Positions 40,249 to 53,564 of a DNA stretch of 64,000 nt are shown piece after piece (position 1 is the first letter of the stretch; each line of letters starts with the position of its first letter). The notes beneath the pieces were generated by a model. It was not told the origin of the DNA. It made no database searches and was given only the letters and a program-made list of their open reading frames with translations. Source of the DNA: Phoronis australis (lineage: Eukaryota; Animalia; Phoronida); the NCBI GenBank assembly GCA_002633005.1, contig NMRA01000511.1, positions 77,716 to 141,715 of the forward strand, read 5' to 3'. The position numbers and the translations under genes were made by a program.

Positions 40249-40320
40249 GGCTGAGTGGTGTAGTGGTAAAGTCGGCGACTCGAAACTCTTGATACCCGGG
40301 TTCGAATCCGGACTCGGTTT
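40249..40320 (+). pseudogene. tRNA-like sequence (tRNA pseudogene or SINE head)
   Basis: A box TGGTGTAGTGG, B box GGTTCGAATCC and a pairable acceptor stem. The anticodon stem does not pair. Confidence 0.7.
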
Positions 40321-41379
40321 CCCGCCAAAATGTTATCTCAGTGAAATAACATTGTGGGTTATTACACAGTTGTATCTGTCATTCGAGGCTAAAACTGTGG
40401 TTTAAGTGATTATATCCGAAAATTTCAGTTGATTTCAGTTCATTATTGTTGTTTTATTTCAATATATATATTCTACATTTCGCCAAGCAATAGTATCACT
40501 TTAGGGGATTTGGATCACCTCTTTTAGTTTAAGATTAATTTTCTTTGTTATGTATATGTATATATTGACAAATAGCACTTATACATGTAGATGTTGTGTA
40601 GATTTCACTTTGTCATTGGATTCTCAATAATATAAACTGTATAAACTGTATGATCAGACGTATTGCTGATCTTCTGTACTCAGTGACCCTACAGCTAGGA
40701 TGATGACGTACTTACTATTCCATGTATCTCATGGTACTTTCATTTCATTACATGGATGTGACTTGAATGGTATTCAGCACTTGCTTTTTTAATGTATATA
40801 TTATCCTGATAATGTCTTCTGAATAGACCTGACGACACGTTGAGTGAACATGAACTTTTTTTTCGGCGATTGTCCGTTTTTTAATATTTTGTATGGCCAA
40901 AAATGAAGTAATTAACTACTGTTATACTATTGTATTTCATCTAAAATAACTGTAGCGTATATACAACCAGGTTACAGGGATGTGTCATTTTAACAAAATT
41001 TGTTCGAATCAATGTAACTACGGTATAGGAGATTTCTGACTGTCTTCCGTACAAAAATCGGGGTCAAAAGGAAGGTTACAAGTAGTTCTATTCAGCTTGA
41101 GAATGTTACGATGCCTTATTAACTGAGGCATTCCAGCCAGCTGACTCTCTATTGTGTTGGCATGGAATATGGTAATTGAAACTTGCACTTGAGTTAACAA
41201 ATCTAGTTGAGTTTTGGCTTGAATTTTCACCAGTACTAGGTTCGTCATGTGAAATACGCATAAACACAGATCTTTGCACAATATGATAAAAATTTGACCA
41301 AATGGTCTTGTTTTCGAGATGTTCAACAAACTGTAATGGTGCTTGAGCGCAGATGCGAGGCTGTCATTCCTCAACATCA

Positions 41380-41481
41380 ACCAATCAGAGTGTCCGAATG
41401 TTACATGTATTTTCCCGCCAATTAGAAAGTCTATGTCTGTTTATTCGTTCACTTAACCAATGATACCCAGTCACGTGATCG
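41380..41481. promoter_or_regulatory. Candidate SLC22 proximal promoter elements
   Basis: CCAAT at ~41381 and ~41457 and E-box GTCACGTGA at ~41470, ~250-340 bp upstream of the ATG. Motif-only evidence. Confidence 0.35.
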
Positions 41482-41717
41482 TTTCACTGTGCTATCCCTG
41501 ACACTGGGAAGGAATGTGCATAACATAAATGAAGCCTTGAAATATACGCAGTGTGACTTTGTAAGGTTTGGCGTGAATGGAATGCAATGCTATTGCCTGC
41601 TGATTTACCGCTCGGCGGACAGAAAAGTAATATACTCTAACCCAAGTTGAGGACACCTCGTCGTCCTCAAATTTTCAGTTAGGGTTTTCTACATTGTTTC
41701 AACCTTGACCAAGTAGA

Positions 41718-42140
41718 ATGAATGTTGAGGAATTTTTCAAAATAACTGGGGGATTTGGAAAATTCCAGAAACTACATTACAGTCTGGTGTCTGTATGTGG
41801 GCTTCTGGGAGCATTTTCTACGATGTCTTACGTCTTTGTGGCCGCCGTTCCCGATTACTGGTGCGCTTCTCCGGTAGAATTCACGAACCTAACACTTGAA
41901 GAGAGAAAAGCTCTAACCATACCAGTCGATAACTCGAACGAATACAGCAAATGCACCGTGTTTAACTGGTCCGGAGTGAATATCAACTCTACACAATACA
42001 GTAGATCGTCGTCGCTTGGGTTGAATCTAACAAAGTACGACGTGTTGGCAAACTTGGTAAATGTCTCGTCCTTACCGATTGAGAAGTGTTCTTCGTGGGA
42101 ATACGACAGATCACAATATACGAATACAGTTGTTATGGAG
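41718..42140 (+). CDS. SLC22/organic cation transporter family, exon 1
   Basis: MNVEEFFKITGGFGKFQ..TM1..PDYWC..C..CSSWEYDRSQYTNTVVME; donor GTAAGG. Confidence 0.95.
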
Positions 42141-42392
42141 GTAAGGCCACATTAAACTGCAAACTTATTGATTTGCGCGGGTTTTTTAGCTACGGAATCG
42201 AGCTCCATCACGTGCATATACGAACCATGCTGGAATCTCGCCTAAACGTCCGTTTGTTATCTTTTTCGGTGAATATGGTGCATAGCATGACGGCATCAGA
42301 GTACCTTATGTGTATACTTGTCATGGAACTCATCCTGTCTACAAGTGTGCATTTACGCTGCATATGAAGCGCCAAATGATTCCTAACCGAGT

Positions 42393-42960
42393 ACGCGTAG
42401 ACATGTGCTTAATCTACGCATACTTTTGCTTAATCTACGCGTACTTTTGCTTAGCTACGTGTACTTTTAGTTCTTAAACGATCAACGTTCTGCTCTTAAT
42501 CAACTCGTATACTTTAGACAGTGCCACCGTTTCAACTGGCCCTAGTAAAGACGGTGTAGCTCCTATAGCAGCTTTATACGCGGAAACGTTTCGGTGAATT
42601 ATGCCCCACACTGCTTAGAACATCTAAGTCACGTTGTTATAAATATCTTTTGCGCAAAGAAGGACACCTTAGGAGGCCGTCGATGACTTTCATTCCTTCC
42701 TACTCCAACAAAGTCCCATTATTTCGAGCAGTCTATCATTCAGTTGACCAAACCGGCAACTGACCATTTTTGACAATGGACGCGCGTGATTGAACAATAA
42801 TGAACTGATTAAAAGTACGCGTTGATTAGATAAAACTACGCGTATAATAAGCAAAAGACTGTGTTGAATAAGAGAAGGACGATGATCGGTTAAGAACTAA
42901 AAGTACGCGTATAGTGAGTAAAAGTACGCGTAAATATGGATTGAGCAGATTTCTACGCGC
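42393..42960. mobile_element. MITE with long inverted ends containing tandem aaaagtacgcgt units
   Basis: ctacgcgtacttttgctta repeats and tacttttagttcttaa at 42410-42478 mirror ttaagaactaaaagtacgcgta at 42890-42935. Confidence 0.65.
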
Positions 42961-43372
42961 AGAAAGATACTTTAAAAAACCCTTTGGCACTTCGTCGTAT
43001 ATTGCACAGCCATCACCGGCTTCACCACTGCGAAATCTTTCTACAGTTGTACAGGGAAATACTTGTATCCCGTTTTCTTTCAGGTCACAAAGACCGTAAG
43101 TTTAATCTGCGCTCTTGTGACCTGATGGTGGTTTTCAGTAGAAAGTTCGTTGACTTTATGGAAGTTGTGCAACATGGCTCCTTTGTGTAAGGGAAGTTTT
43201 GTGAGATATTGCCAAGTATTATAAAGCGAACCACGAGATCAGACTAATTTCACTAGCGCGTTTCATAACGCACCCCATGGTAGACGGACTTATTAGCTGG
43301 TCGGGTTAAGGTACTTGTAGCACTTCGCATGGACCTAATTCACGCCGACATGAGGCGAGTTCCAATACGAGG

Positions 43373-43522
43373 CTCGCTACGATAGCTGTATTCCGCGTTG
43401 TTCGAACGGCTAGGAAAAATACGGACATTCAACTGTCTGTTTTACAATCTCTGGCTAAGTACGCTGAGATTCGGAAGCGTTGGGTCGTTGCCATACGACG
43501 CGACGAAAGGAAATATGTCCGT
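43373..43522 (+). pseudogene. Degenerate THAP domain fragment (transposon-derived)
   Basis: SCIPRCSN*...AEIRKRWVVAIRRDERKYVR followed by a GT donor-like site; stop and frameshift present. Confidence 0.6.
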
Positions 43523-46499
43523 GTAAAGTTTATAAATGTTTTCGAAAAGTTAGATCATATTTGATAGCATCTCGTTGCCGAGTAATGACGAACGGAGAAT
43601 CTTCGGCCAGTCAGGCTCAGTGTGTTTTCATGATGCATTTTTTCTTTCCAAAAAGGACAAGCCCCTCAATCCCTCTCTTTGGGGGTCTAATATCGGCTCT
43701 ATTCCGCTCTAAAAATATTAAAAATCACACCAGGCCTAAAAAGTGATTGGGAATTTCTCTTCGAAGTTCAAATCACCTGGAGTGTAACCACACAGGTGAC
43801 AATTTGAAAGAGCACAAAATGCTATTTGATTCATAGCCTATTAGAGCTTGCAACAGGGCGGGGGTCCTACTGATGGTGATCGGGAACTAGATTTTTCCGG
43901 CTACTCGGCGAAAAATCCCCCTCTTGAAGGCACAGGCATCTTTCCCCTCGGATGAACGAACGAGGCCCCTGAAGAAACATGATAACTATGCTTGCTCTGT
44001 CCAGTTAACTGAAATTGAGCTCTAAAACGAGGTTATGCTTTAAACGAATGAGTTAGGCACGTGTTTTATTTTTAAAATTCAACTTGGTACAGATTGATAT
44101 TTGAAACTTAACACATGCAATAGACGTAAGAATTATTAAAACCAAGAAAGCAGAATTGATGGTCAAATATTTTTTATTTTCAATTACGAGCCAGCTTTTT
44201 ATTTTAGTAAAAATATTACATTAATTATTCTTTCAGATCAACGACAAATCAATTGTTAGTCCCGGTAGTCCCTACCTCACCAGGACCTATGCTATGCTTG
44301 ATGTTAATATTCTTGATTAACAAATTAAGCCAGATGCACATGACAGCAAAATGCTGTCGAATATTTCATCAACTCGTCAACAATAAGAGCAGACGAACTG
44401 GTTCGTGTAGAAATCAGCATTTTTATCAACAAATTACAAGAAGAAACGTAACCCTGCATTCAGCATAGTACCTAGTAGCCGTAACACGTCAATCGCCGCA
44501 ATTTGGTCATATTTACTTTTCATGTTTTGAACCTAGTTTTCCGAAAAAAACTTATGCCCTTTCGCCAGACAACTCTTTGGTGCGTTGACTTGTTCTCTAA
44601 TATATTTTCCACGTCTCTGTGGTTAATTATCGACACATTTTTAAGATTTAATATCCAGGTTGGACTCGAAAGACCGGCAATGTCAACTTCGGCTTTGTTT
44701 ATCGCAGTGAGCCTCACTTTGGATTTTAATGTCTGCCGCGTGAATTGGGTCTATAGTTAGTCTGTATATAGCCGCGGCCATATTAATATATTTAGGGTAG
44801 GCCAGGTTTAGAGGCGATTTTGAGGTAGGCATCACAACCAGTACGTTCAAAGATCCGGTTTATTTGTATGTGTTATCATTTTGGGAATGAGAAAAAAATT
44901 CTATAGTTCGGCTACATATACGTTTTAATTTACAATGGTGGCCCCTAACAGAGTTATTGCTTTTCTGCGTAGTGACTAACAAAACTGCTGCGGCCTCAAA
45001 ATAACTTAGACTTTTGAACCATATTTTTTGGAACCTGAATTAAATTTTCTGTCAGAATCTTAGTCTTATGCAGGGAAGTGGTGATGTTGGGCTGAAGACT
45101 GCCTGTCTTCCTAGTTGTTTCGGTAAAAGTGAAAGGGTCAAAGCTATGAGGCAGAAAGACGTTCCTGTGGTCATGTGTAGCAGTTTTGATGTGAAACGAA
45201 GCTAAACTTTTCATTTTGTTGATAGAACTTTTGGCAGACTAGACGACTCAGTGGTGTGTGCACAGCCAGGCAAAACCCAGTGAGATCAGAGTCTCGTCCA
45301 ATACCGTTAGTGTCTCGCTAGAAAAGCAAGGTCTCGCAGGATTTCATGAGATAGCGACGTGTGTTTTCGAAGGGAGCACGTGATTTTGGCTAGATTTTCT
45401 CGCCGTGAGACACTTGATTAAACCCGACCCTCCTAAATTGCCTCTTAAGTGATGTAGAGCAGACGAAAACATGTGTCATGTTGCTGTTGAAGAACAGTAC
45501 AGATGAGGTTATGGAATTTAACAAAATATCGGTTCTTCCTAAACTCAGAAATGACGTCTTTATCTGAGGAAGAAACAGACTGAGAGGCAGACGCTTAGAC
45601 TTTTAAATGGAAGTTTATTTGTAGCGATAGAATGTGTCCGGGCTCATGTAGCAGCTTATAGATCTGTGACTGAAATAGCAAGTTGTCGTCAATATAAATT
45701 GGCCAGGAGACTGGCTTAGACATAAAAAATATACCAAAAATATATGCACTGAAAAGACGAGATGACAGCGTGCTGACGTCACATCTGGTGTTAACGTTTG
45801 GACTCCTTTCTATCTACAGACCATCATGACACCAAGTATAATTACGTATTTGCCTTTAAAGGAACATTTGTGAAGTGTTGTTGGGAGAAAATTGGCTCTT
45901 TGGACACCTATAAGATAGTTGGGCGTCAGCGGAATTCCTTGATATCCCTGGCACTCCACTAACACCTTACTTTATTTAATTAGCAAAGCTTATTTTTTGC
46001 ACTTTGTGAGGAAATTAACGGCTCTCAGGGAGTCTCCATCTCTGTCGGCAAATATGTATTTGACCTGTAGCAGCTCGAGTAGACTTGAAGCCCTGTTTCG
46101 TGAACGGCTATGCAATGTGTGGAATGTCTTATGGACATCAATGCTATGATAACTTGCCCTGTAGCCGACAGGTGTTATAGAGTGATGCAGCTGTACTCAG
46201 ACTGTGACACCACTGACCATAGGCAACTATTATTGGATGTCTCCGCCACTAACGCTCTGATAATAGTCTAAGCCGATTGGCAGACTTCAGTTACTGCGAA
46301 TCGGAGTACTCGTTTTTCTTGCACCAAATGACTGTTTTTTAAGGTAAAAGAAACTAAATACGCAACATATTTAATCCTGAAAATTACGCATAGTTTGAGA
46401 AAAGCAAATGTGCAGTCGTAAGCGAAAAGAAATTATATACATGTATATAACTATAATACCGTTATATTTGGGTTTACATGAAACACACGTCTGTTGCAG

Positions 46500-46606
46500 T
46501 GGGACCTCGTATGTGGGAGAGAGTGGATAATCGCTTCTTCCGTAGGTGCCGGTATGGGAGTAGGCAAGATGATGTGCGCCATTGTTGTTGGGGTGTTGAG
46601 TGACAG
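46500..46606 (+). CDS. SLC22 exon 2
   Basis: WDLVCGREWIIASSVGAGMGVGKMMCAIVVGVLSDR; ttgcAG / AG|GTAAAC. Confidence 0.93.
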
Positions 46607-48174
46607 GTAAACAAAACTAAAAATCACCATTTAGGTGTAGCAATAAATGAAATCAGGGGTATTTGGTAGATCAACGTCACCGGGACCACGAGCTTATTGA
46701 TGTACTTCCGCAGAACAACACCGACAACGCGCGATTATTTGGACAATTTCTTGTTTAGTATACACTGGGCCATAAGAAAAACATCCATGACAATTATAAT
46801 TTATATTTTTTAATTTTCAAAGAGATTCCATACGGTCGTATTGAGCGAAGGTTTTTTTTTTTGCTGTGCTTATTGCTTTTTTGACCAGGGCTGGTTTTAA
46901 CCTCAGCTGCTTACATGTATCAGAACTATAAAACAACGTTTAAGCACAGTCTTGTACAGCAGCTGTATTCAAAGCACGGCTCGCTTCGGTTTGGTTACAT
47001 CTATTTATTGATGGAGACGCCAAGTTCGGATTCGCCATTCAAAATGTTACACAGGTGCTTTTGTGAGCAAATGCAGGAGTTTAACTATTGTTTCCTTTCT
47101 GGAATATTAACCCTCAAAGTTGTTTGAATGAACTTTTACTTGACCCTGTGCTTGAGAGTGTTGGGGATTGGTCACAGTATCGCAAAGAAACAATCAAAAC
47201 TGACCACAATAATAATGAGAAGTTTGACATAAAAAGGGACGAAACCTGGTACAAACACAGGTTTCATAAAATATTTATACCAGGATTTGATACAACACTA
47301 CGTTTCGTTCTCGTCCCTTTTAAGTCAGTTTTCTGTTTACCCAGTTACGGCAGCTCTGTTTTAATTAATTTTTATCTAATCTAAAAGGTGCTCTTTTCTA
47401 AAAATGTTGTCCGTATCGTACGCTTCTAAAGAAAAAAATCGTCGTATTTAATTTTTTCCTCAAAGTGATCGTATTGCGGGTCAGACGTACTCTCTGGTAC
47501 TTTCCACAGTCGTGTGCAATAAAATAATATTGTATATATTTTCTACAGAGAAATCATCGCTCGACGCTTAGCTTAACGCCTAGTCACATTTGGCGACTTG
47601 GGCAAAATCTGGGGCCTCCAAAACTGAAAGTTCCAGGTCAGCAAATGAAATATGAGTTCGCCAAAAATATATAAAGGTCGTACCGCACTTTGTGCTCAGA
47701 ATCTAACTCGTACCTCTGCAATTCCCTCACTCTCAATGTACATTCGTTCGTCATTCCCTAACTCAATTATTCCGGCCAACGAACGGACATATAATGCAGA
47801 AGATCGCATCCACTCGTTGCGTGTGCCCGATTTTTTTCCGAACAATTCCGACTTCCGTCCGTTCACTTCCTGCTGTAATTTGAGTGTGCTTCATGTCTGC
47901 TGACTGCTGTGGTGGCAAATGAACTGATTTCACGAAATAAATGGAACAACTGTGAACCGGAGGTAATAAAGTTAAATTGTTAGTGATTTAAAGTTCGGAA
48001 AACAACACAAATTTTGAAACGAATTTAGGGGGAAAGGGGAATTATTGTCTTACTTTGATACTCGCAGTGGCGACTTTGTGGCGACTTGAGATGTTTCCCA
48101 AACACGCACTGAGGTCGCAATGGCCAGATCGAGCGCTGGGAATGCTTGAAGTCAAATCTTACATATTCGTTTAG

Positions 48175-48329
48175 GTTTGGCCGGAAAAGGACACTGGTTG
48201 GCTTCTTGCTAGTGCAATGCTTGTCTGGTGTACTGAGTGCTGTGTCTGTCAATCCGACAATGTTTATCATTTCCTATGCCTTTTTGGGCGGTGCGTCTAT
48301 GGGTAGCTATGCTATAGCCTTCGTTCTCG
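48175..48329 (+). CDS. SLC22 exon 3
   Basis: FGRKRTLVGFLL...SYAIAFVL; 155 nt; donor GTAAGT. Confidence 0.93.
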
Positions 48330-50091
48330 GTAAGTCGTTTAGTGTCTCTATTACATGTATGTAAGTGCATACCGACCTCAGAGCTTAGAAAATAATTTGC
48401 AAGTATGAATGATGATAAAGATTAATACGCATGTTCATCTTGCTTTGACAGTTTTGTTTCAAAGTTGTTAAACAACCAAAACCAAGCGACTGCCCAGTAT
48501 TAGACTACCTCTAGTCACGTGACTATCCAGTATCAGAATGCCCTCTTGCCACGTTGAAAGAAATGCAACTGTGACCATAAAATACGCCTCGTTACTTTTT
48601 TAAATTTCCCACTTCTACCCTCTGATGCTATCTACTAACTGAAAATTTCCTATGATGTACACCAATATGTCGAAATGACACTATAACTGGTTGGGACTTA
48701 ACATGCCATGTCGAAAAATCTCGTTGTGACACAACACCATAAAGCTTAACTTCAACAGAATTTTTGTTATTTTAGGTGTATTGAGCTAACCAGGTAATCC
48801 TAGCAAAACCTTAGAAAAATAAGAAAACGCGAGTTTAATCACGCAAATGTATGCCCGTCAAACGATAGGCGAAGCTGTCTTTTCGCGCCGCATTGCGTCA
48901 CGGCGAGATCCCTGCACAAACAACAAAAGGTCAGTAACAGTTATGTGGAATAGGGGTCGATCTGGGTAGAACACCGTTGCGTGCGGATGTTATTCGCAGC
49001 CGTTTGAATCAAAAGGTGATTCTCGCGGTGACGTAGACAAGACAAAACCTAACAATTCGTTACATTTTACAATTTATGGAACTACAAGTGGGCTCAGAGC
49101 GATGCTCATAATATACTGTAGGCCGCAACCAAATTTACAAGTGTTACCGTTCAATATAGGCTTGAATATGAGAAAGTCATATGACGTAAATGCGACATAA
49201 TGCGGCGGATGGCCACCGCACTTTGTCGCAAAACACATTGCGATTGATCGTGGTCCAACTTGGCTGCAAAATTATTTGACTCTTAGCGGGAGAGTTTTGG
49301 GTGAACTCATTTGGAGATACTTAGGTCACGCGAATCTATATTTTAACAACAGTTTGTATTTTCGTTTTATATTAAATGCTACCAAAAACAGATGGATGCG
49401 TTTCTAGATACGACGTCAATGTGCAATTGCGTGCATGTACTTGACAACACCAAAATTTCACCGGACAATGACAATTGTCTTCGTTTTAATCAGTATCATC
49501 TGATCAGTACTTGTGGGAACCCTACACAAACTACTCATCAGTTTCACTGGCACGTGTATTTCTGGTATGAACATCACGTACACCAGGAGAGCCTGAAGCA
49601 AAAGTCTAAAATACATTTTTATGAAATCACATTTACGACACCTTAGTTGGCTAGGACGGTTATTACCACCATTGTATTGAGTTCACTGGTGTGTCAGTCC
49701 AGACCTAAAATATGTCTAGAAAACTATTTTTAAAGGCCTAGTAGCACCCGTTTTTAACCCTACTTAAATGGTTCGAACACGTTGTAATTAACGAAGCCTT
49801 CTGTACCTACAGGTTAATCCTAACGAAATAACTCATAAAACTCCCCACTTGTCATGAACTAAAGCCGGGTGACACTCCACCATTTTAGATTATGCACTAA
49901 GTCGGAAGTGAGATTCATTAAAGAGGCATGGATCGCGAAAACTCGTAAAAACTACATTTTAAACAGATCGTGGCGAATCTATTTATCGGGAATCCAAAAC
50001 TGAGAGATATTTACTTTGAATAGTGTAACAATTTCTAGAAAAAATCGTCAGCTTCACTATTTTTGCAACACAGAGGAAAAAAAACTCTTTC

Positions 50092-50560
50092 AATACCTGT
50101 GATGCCTGTAATACCTGTCACGGACAGGATCATTGGGGATATGCTGGTGCATTAATCGCCTCCCCAGACCATCCCCGTAACAGCAGAAGGCGCAGAACTC
50201 CAGGGCTGACGTTGCCTGTCAACATCTGATTTGACAACACTCGGGCACGACTCTTTTTGTGACTATTAGCAGCATGGCCATAAATAATACCGGCTTCGAG
50301 CAGTCGGCTACCGTCATTGAACTCAGCCAGTTGGGACGAAGTTTGAATGAGGATGCGTTAGTGAGCCAGCACCTTAACATCAGCAGAGGGGTTGGTTGGT
50401 GGTACATGAGCCAGGGAGGTAATCTGCACGCTCATTAATCAATACACCGGCGTGGCCAGGTACGAAAGACCAGATCACTGTATGGTGAGGGTGGCGTGAT
50501 CGGAAGACACCCCAGTTGGCTGGGAGATTTCCAGACTCAACTTTCATCAACAAAACCCTT
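50092..50560 (-). mobile_element. Second 5'-truncated Ingi/I-group LINE 3' end with RNase H relic
   Basis: VIWSFVPGHAGVLINERADYL, then RLLEAGIIYGHAANSHKKSRARVLSNQMLTGNVSPGVLRLLL, then an (ACAGGTATT)-like tandem tail at 50092-50120. Confidence 0.78.
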
Positions 50561-51689
50561 TCATCTCTATGCAGACTTCATATTTTCCGCCCCTAATGAT
50601 GTATGTGGGCGTATGCAATCAAAGAGGACAACCTGCTGTTAGAAGTTGCTAGTTTTGTTTACATCAAAGTTCAAAGGTCATACTTTACATACGCCAGTAA
50701 ATAAGCAGAGGTGATATGCCAAGTGACAACGTGACGAACAGTTGACATCGTTTTCTTGAATTTTTTGAAAGGGAAAATGCTTTGACATATGCAAAAACTT
50801 ACAAGCTTTACGAAAAAACCGTGAATTTGCCTGTCCGAACAGTTTGATTTCGGTTTCAGTGGCAGAGAGTCACTTTAAATAAAGCAATTTAGTCTGTTTT
50901 TCACGTTCTATGCCACTTTAAGGAACGATTGAATAACAAGACCGTCTATTCGACTGTGCTAAGCGTGTTCTATAGGGAGTGATGAACTCTTGTGAACAGT
51001 ACAAACATAACAACGAACATGCTATATCAGAATAATTAAGTAAAATTGCTTTACAGTAAGATTATTCTGACCACTTCAGAAAATGTTGAAAATAAATTTA
51101 GACAGGGAAATTTTAAAGTACAGGTGGACTTCGGCGATTTTGTTAGGCGGCCGACGGCCAGAATTCTTATAGAATAGCAACTGGTGGTCATAATAATCCT
51201 TACAGTGATAGGATTGTATTTCTATTGCCAACAAGAACACCAAAACCATCAGCGCCTGCAGAGTGTATTGAGGTTGACCAACAGATTCGAAAGTGGCGCA
51301 TGTAGCCATTCTTGCTACCGGAGTTGTCTGCCTATTCGGTAACAATCCAAAGTCAAACGAGCGTGGTTATGTTTTAAATCCAAAGACAATTCGGTAAATA
51401 ATTCAACATTGACAAATAATCAGCGTCCATCATTGGGATCAGTAGTGGGGCGTGTGATGACGCTCAAACATATGTTCACATATTTGTAACATCTCCGAGA
51501 GATAGCTTGCGGAAGCCAAAGCACCCGAGATTTTCCGAATGGTCATCGGAGTTGTTTCAAAGTATCTGCGCTTTCTACAAAGCTGTGCTGTTTCCTTCAC
51601 TTTATTTCTACCCTTGCACTATTACTCTGCGACTGATTGTTTTGTAGTCTACTGCACTGCTGTGCAAGTTGATTCTTTACTCGTTACAG

Positions 51690-51861
51690 GTCTTGAACTA
51701 GTTGGCGTGACACACCGGGCTGAGGCAGGCCTTGGAATATACTATGTTTGGAGCGCAGGACACCTGTTGGTGGCTTTAGTAGCCTACTTCATCAGGGATT
51801 GGGTTACTTTGCAACTGTCACTCCATCTGCCGATTTTGGTTTTCGTAGCTCTTTACGCCTG
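51690..51861 (+). CDS. SLC22 exon 4
   Basis: LELVGVTHRAEAG...AYFIRDWVTLQL...LYA(W); 172 nt. Confidence 0.93.
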
Positions 51862-52450
51862 GTTTGTAAACGTTTGTATAAATGCATGCAAAACCTCTAC
51901 AGATATGACATGATCTTTCAGATTTGGATTTATTCAAAAAGCATTGGGACTAAGGAAAATATTATATTGGTTAAATATCTCGTTCAAATTAACTATTTAT
52001 GCAAGTTTCAGTAACGCGGTTGAGCCCTACGTCATCAGTTTTCGACCGGTATTAGGTAACCAATTCATCAATTGCAGCGGCACTCCCTGCTGTAAGTGGA
52101 AAGTTGGGCATGGATAACGCTTTAAACTGTGATTTCGACAGTAACCAGCTGTACCTCCGCGCGAACTTTTGTCAATTTTGTCAAGAGTTTGGAATAGAGT
52201 TAATACAGCAAGTTAGTATTCACATTTTCATACAATTACTCTATTACGCAAATGATAGTCTTTAAGTTGAAGCTGGACATTTTGAATTGCTCTTTGAGAG
52301 TTACAGGAAGATGAGAACACGTCTATTACGTAGAAAACCTTATCATTTTGAGCAATATTCAATTCACGATAACCACAAGAGAAACTTATCTGTACTGCTA
52401 AATATTGAAAATTGATAAAAATGTTCATTACAATAATAATCTTATGTTAG

Positions 52451-52647
52451 GTTGACGCCCGAGTCTCCAAGATGGCTGCTTCAGCGTCATCGTGTTGCAG
52501 AGGCAAAAGCCGTATTGAAAACAATTTCCAGGATGAACGGTGTTGAATGGAACGCGGAGATGGACCAACTGACGGTCATGTGCAAGGAACGCGAGAAAAA
52601 AGTTGTTCGAAAACGAAATTCACCCCGTGTGTTGTACTGATATCTTG
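52451..52647 (+). CDS. SLC22 exon 5 (apparent 1-nt frameshift)
   Basis: PESPRWL motif. The entry frame stops at 52640, while the shifted frame ends VVLISW at a phase-2 donor matching exon 6. Confidence 0.75.
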
Positions 52648-53367
52648 GTTGTGTTTGTGCGCACACTCAGTCCGCATTATTGTCTCATTGACGATACACT
52701 TCCACTTAACATATCAATTATTCGAGAGACTTTGTTTTTAGTAGAAAACGGACGGAATGTGGCGCTGTGACTTCCATTCAAGAAAAAGCAGAATGTGGTA
52801 GTGTAGCTCCACCGTCCGTTAACGGATTTGTCTGGAAATTGGAGTCGGTGAATGAATCTTGTTAAGTGCTGTAAGCAGTGCGCGTTCACCTTTTCTCTAC
52901 CGTTTCTGTGTTACGTGAGAGTTTCCGATGTCTGTCCCTTTATTGCGTGATTCTTCCCAGCCATTGTGTTCATAAATACGTTACTCTGTATTTCTTGCCC
53001 GATTGACATGAAACGTAAGTACGCAAAATGTCTTGTAAATAGCTCGGGGTTTATTGATTGAAATCAGTCACTAGATGGCATTGTGCCAGTCTCTTTATAC
53101 AGCATTGTTTCAGAGACCAGCGTGCATTGGCAGATGAAAATGGAATGACCTTAAAGTTGAGAAGATGAAAACTAAAATTTTCCGTATAACTACAGCGTCG
53201 CCGCCTTCTTTCTTTTTCAGGGTCTGAGTGTCACCAGTTGTCGCTCCTTGAAGCACTCCTTTTTCTTTATTATATGTTTTGTCTTGTATGAACTAATAAT
53301 ACATGTTATATGTCAGTTTTGTTTGCAAGTAAGTAATGTACATGTAGCAGTTGAACGCCCAAAGTAA

Positions 53368-53564
53368 GATAACACTTAACACTTAACAGCCTCTAGATAA
53401 CACTTAACAGCCTCTAGATAACACTTAACAGCCTCTAGATAGCACTTAACAGCCTCTAGATAACACTTAACAGCCTTTAGATAACACTTAACAGCCTCTA
53501 GAGAACACTTAACAGCCTCTAGATAACACTTAACAGCCTCTAGATAACACTTAACAGCCTCTAG
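53368..53564. repeat. 21-bp minisatellite (gataacacttaacagcctcta)n
   Basis: About 9 near-identical tandem units. Confidence 0.95.

Noticed and set aside
40249-40320. Functional tRNA-Ser(CGA)
   Set aside because: The anticodon stem is unpaired and there is no long variable arm.
53368-53564. CRISPR-like or coding repeat (LEAVKCY)n
   Set aside because: Contiguous identical units without unique spacers, in a eukaryotic intron; a plain minisatellite.
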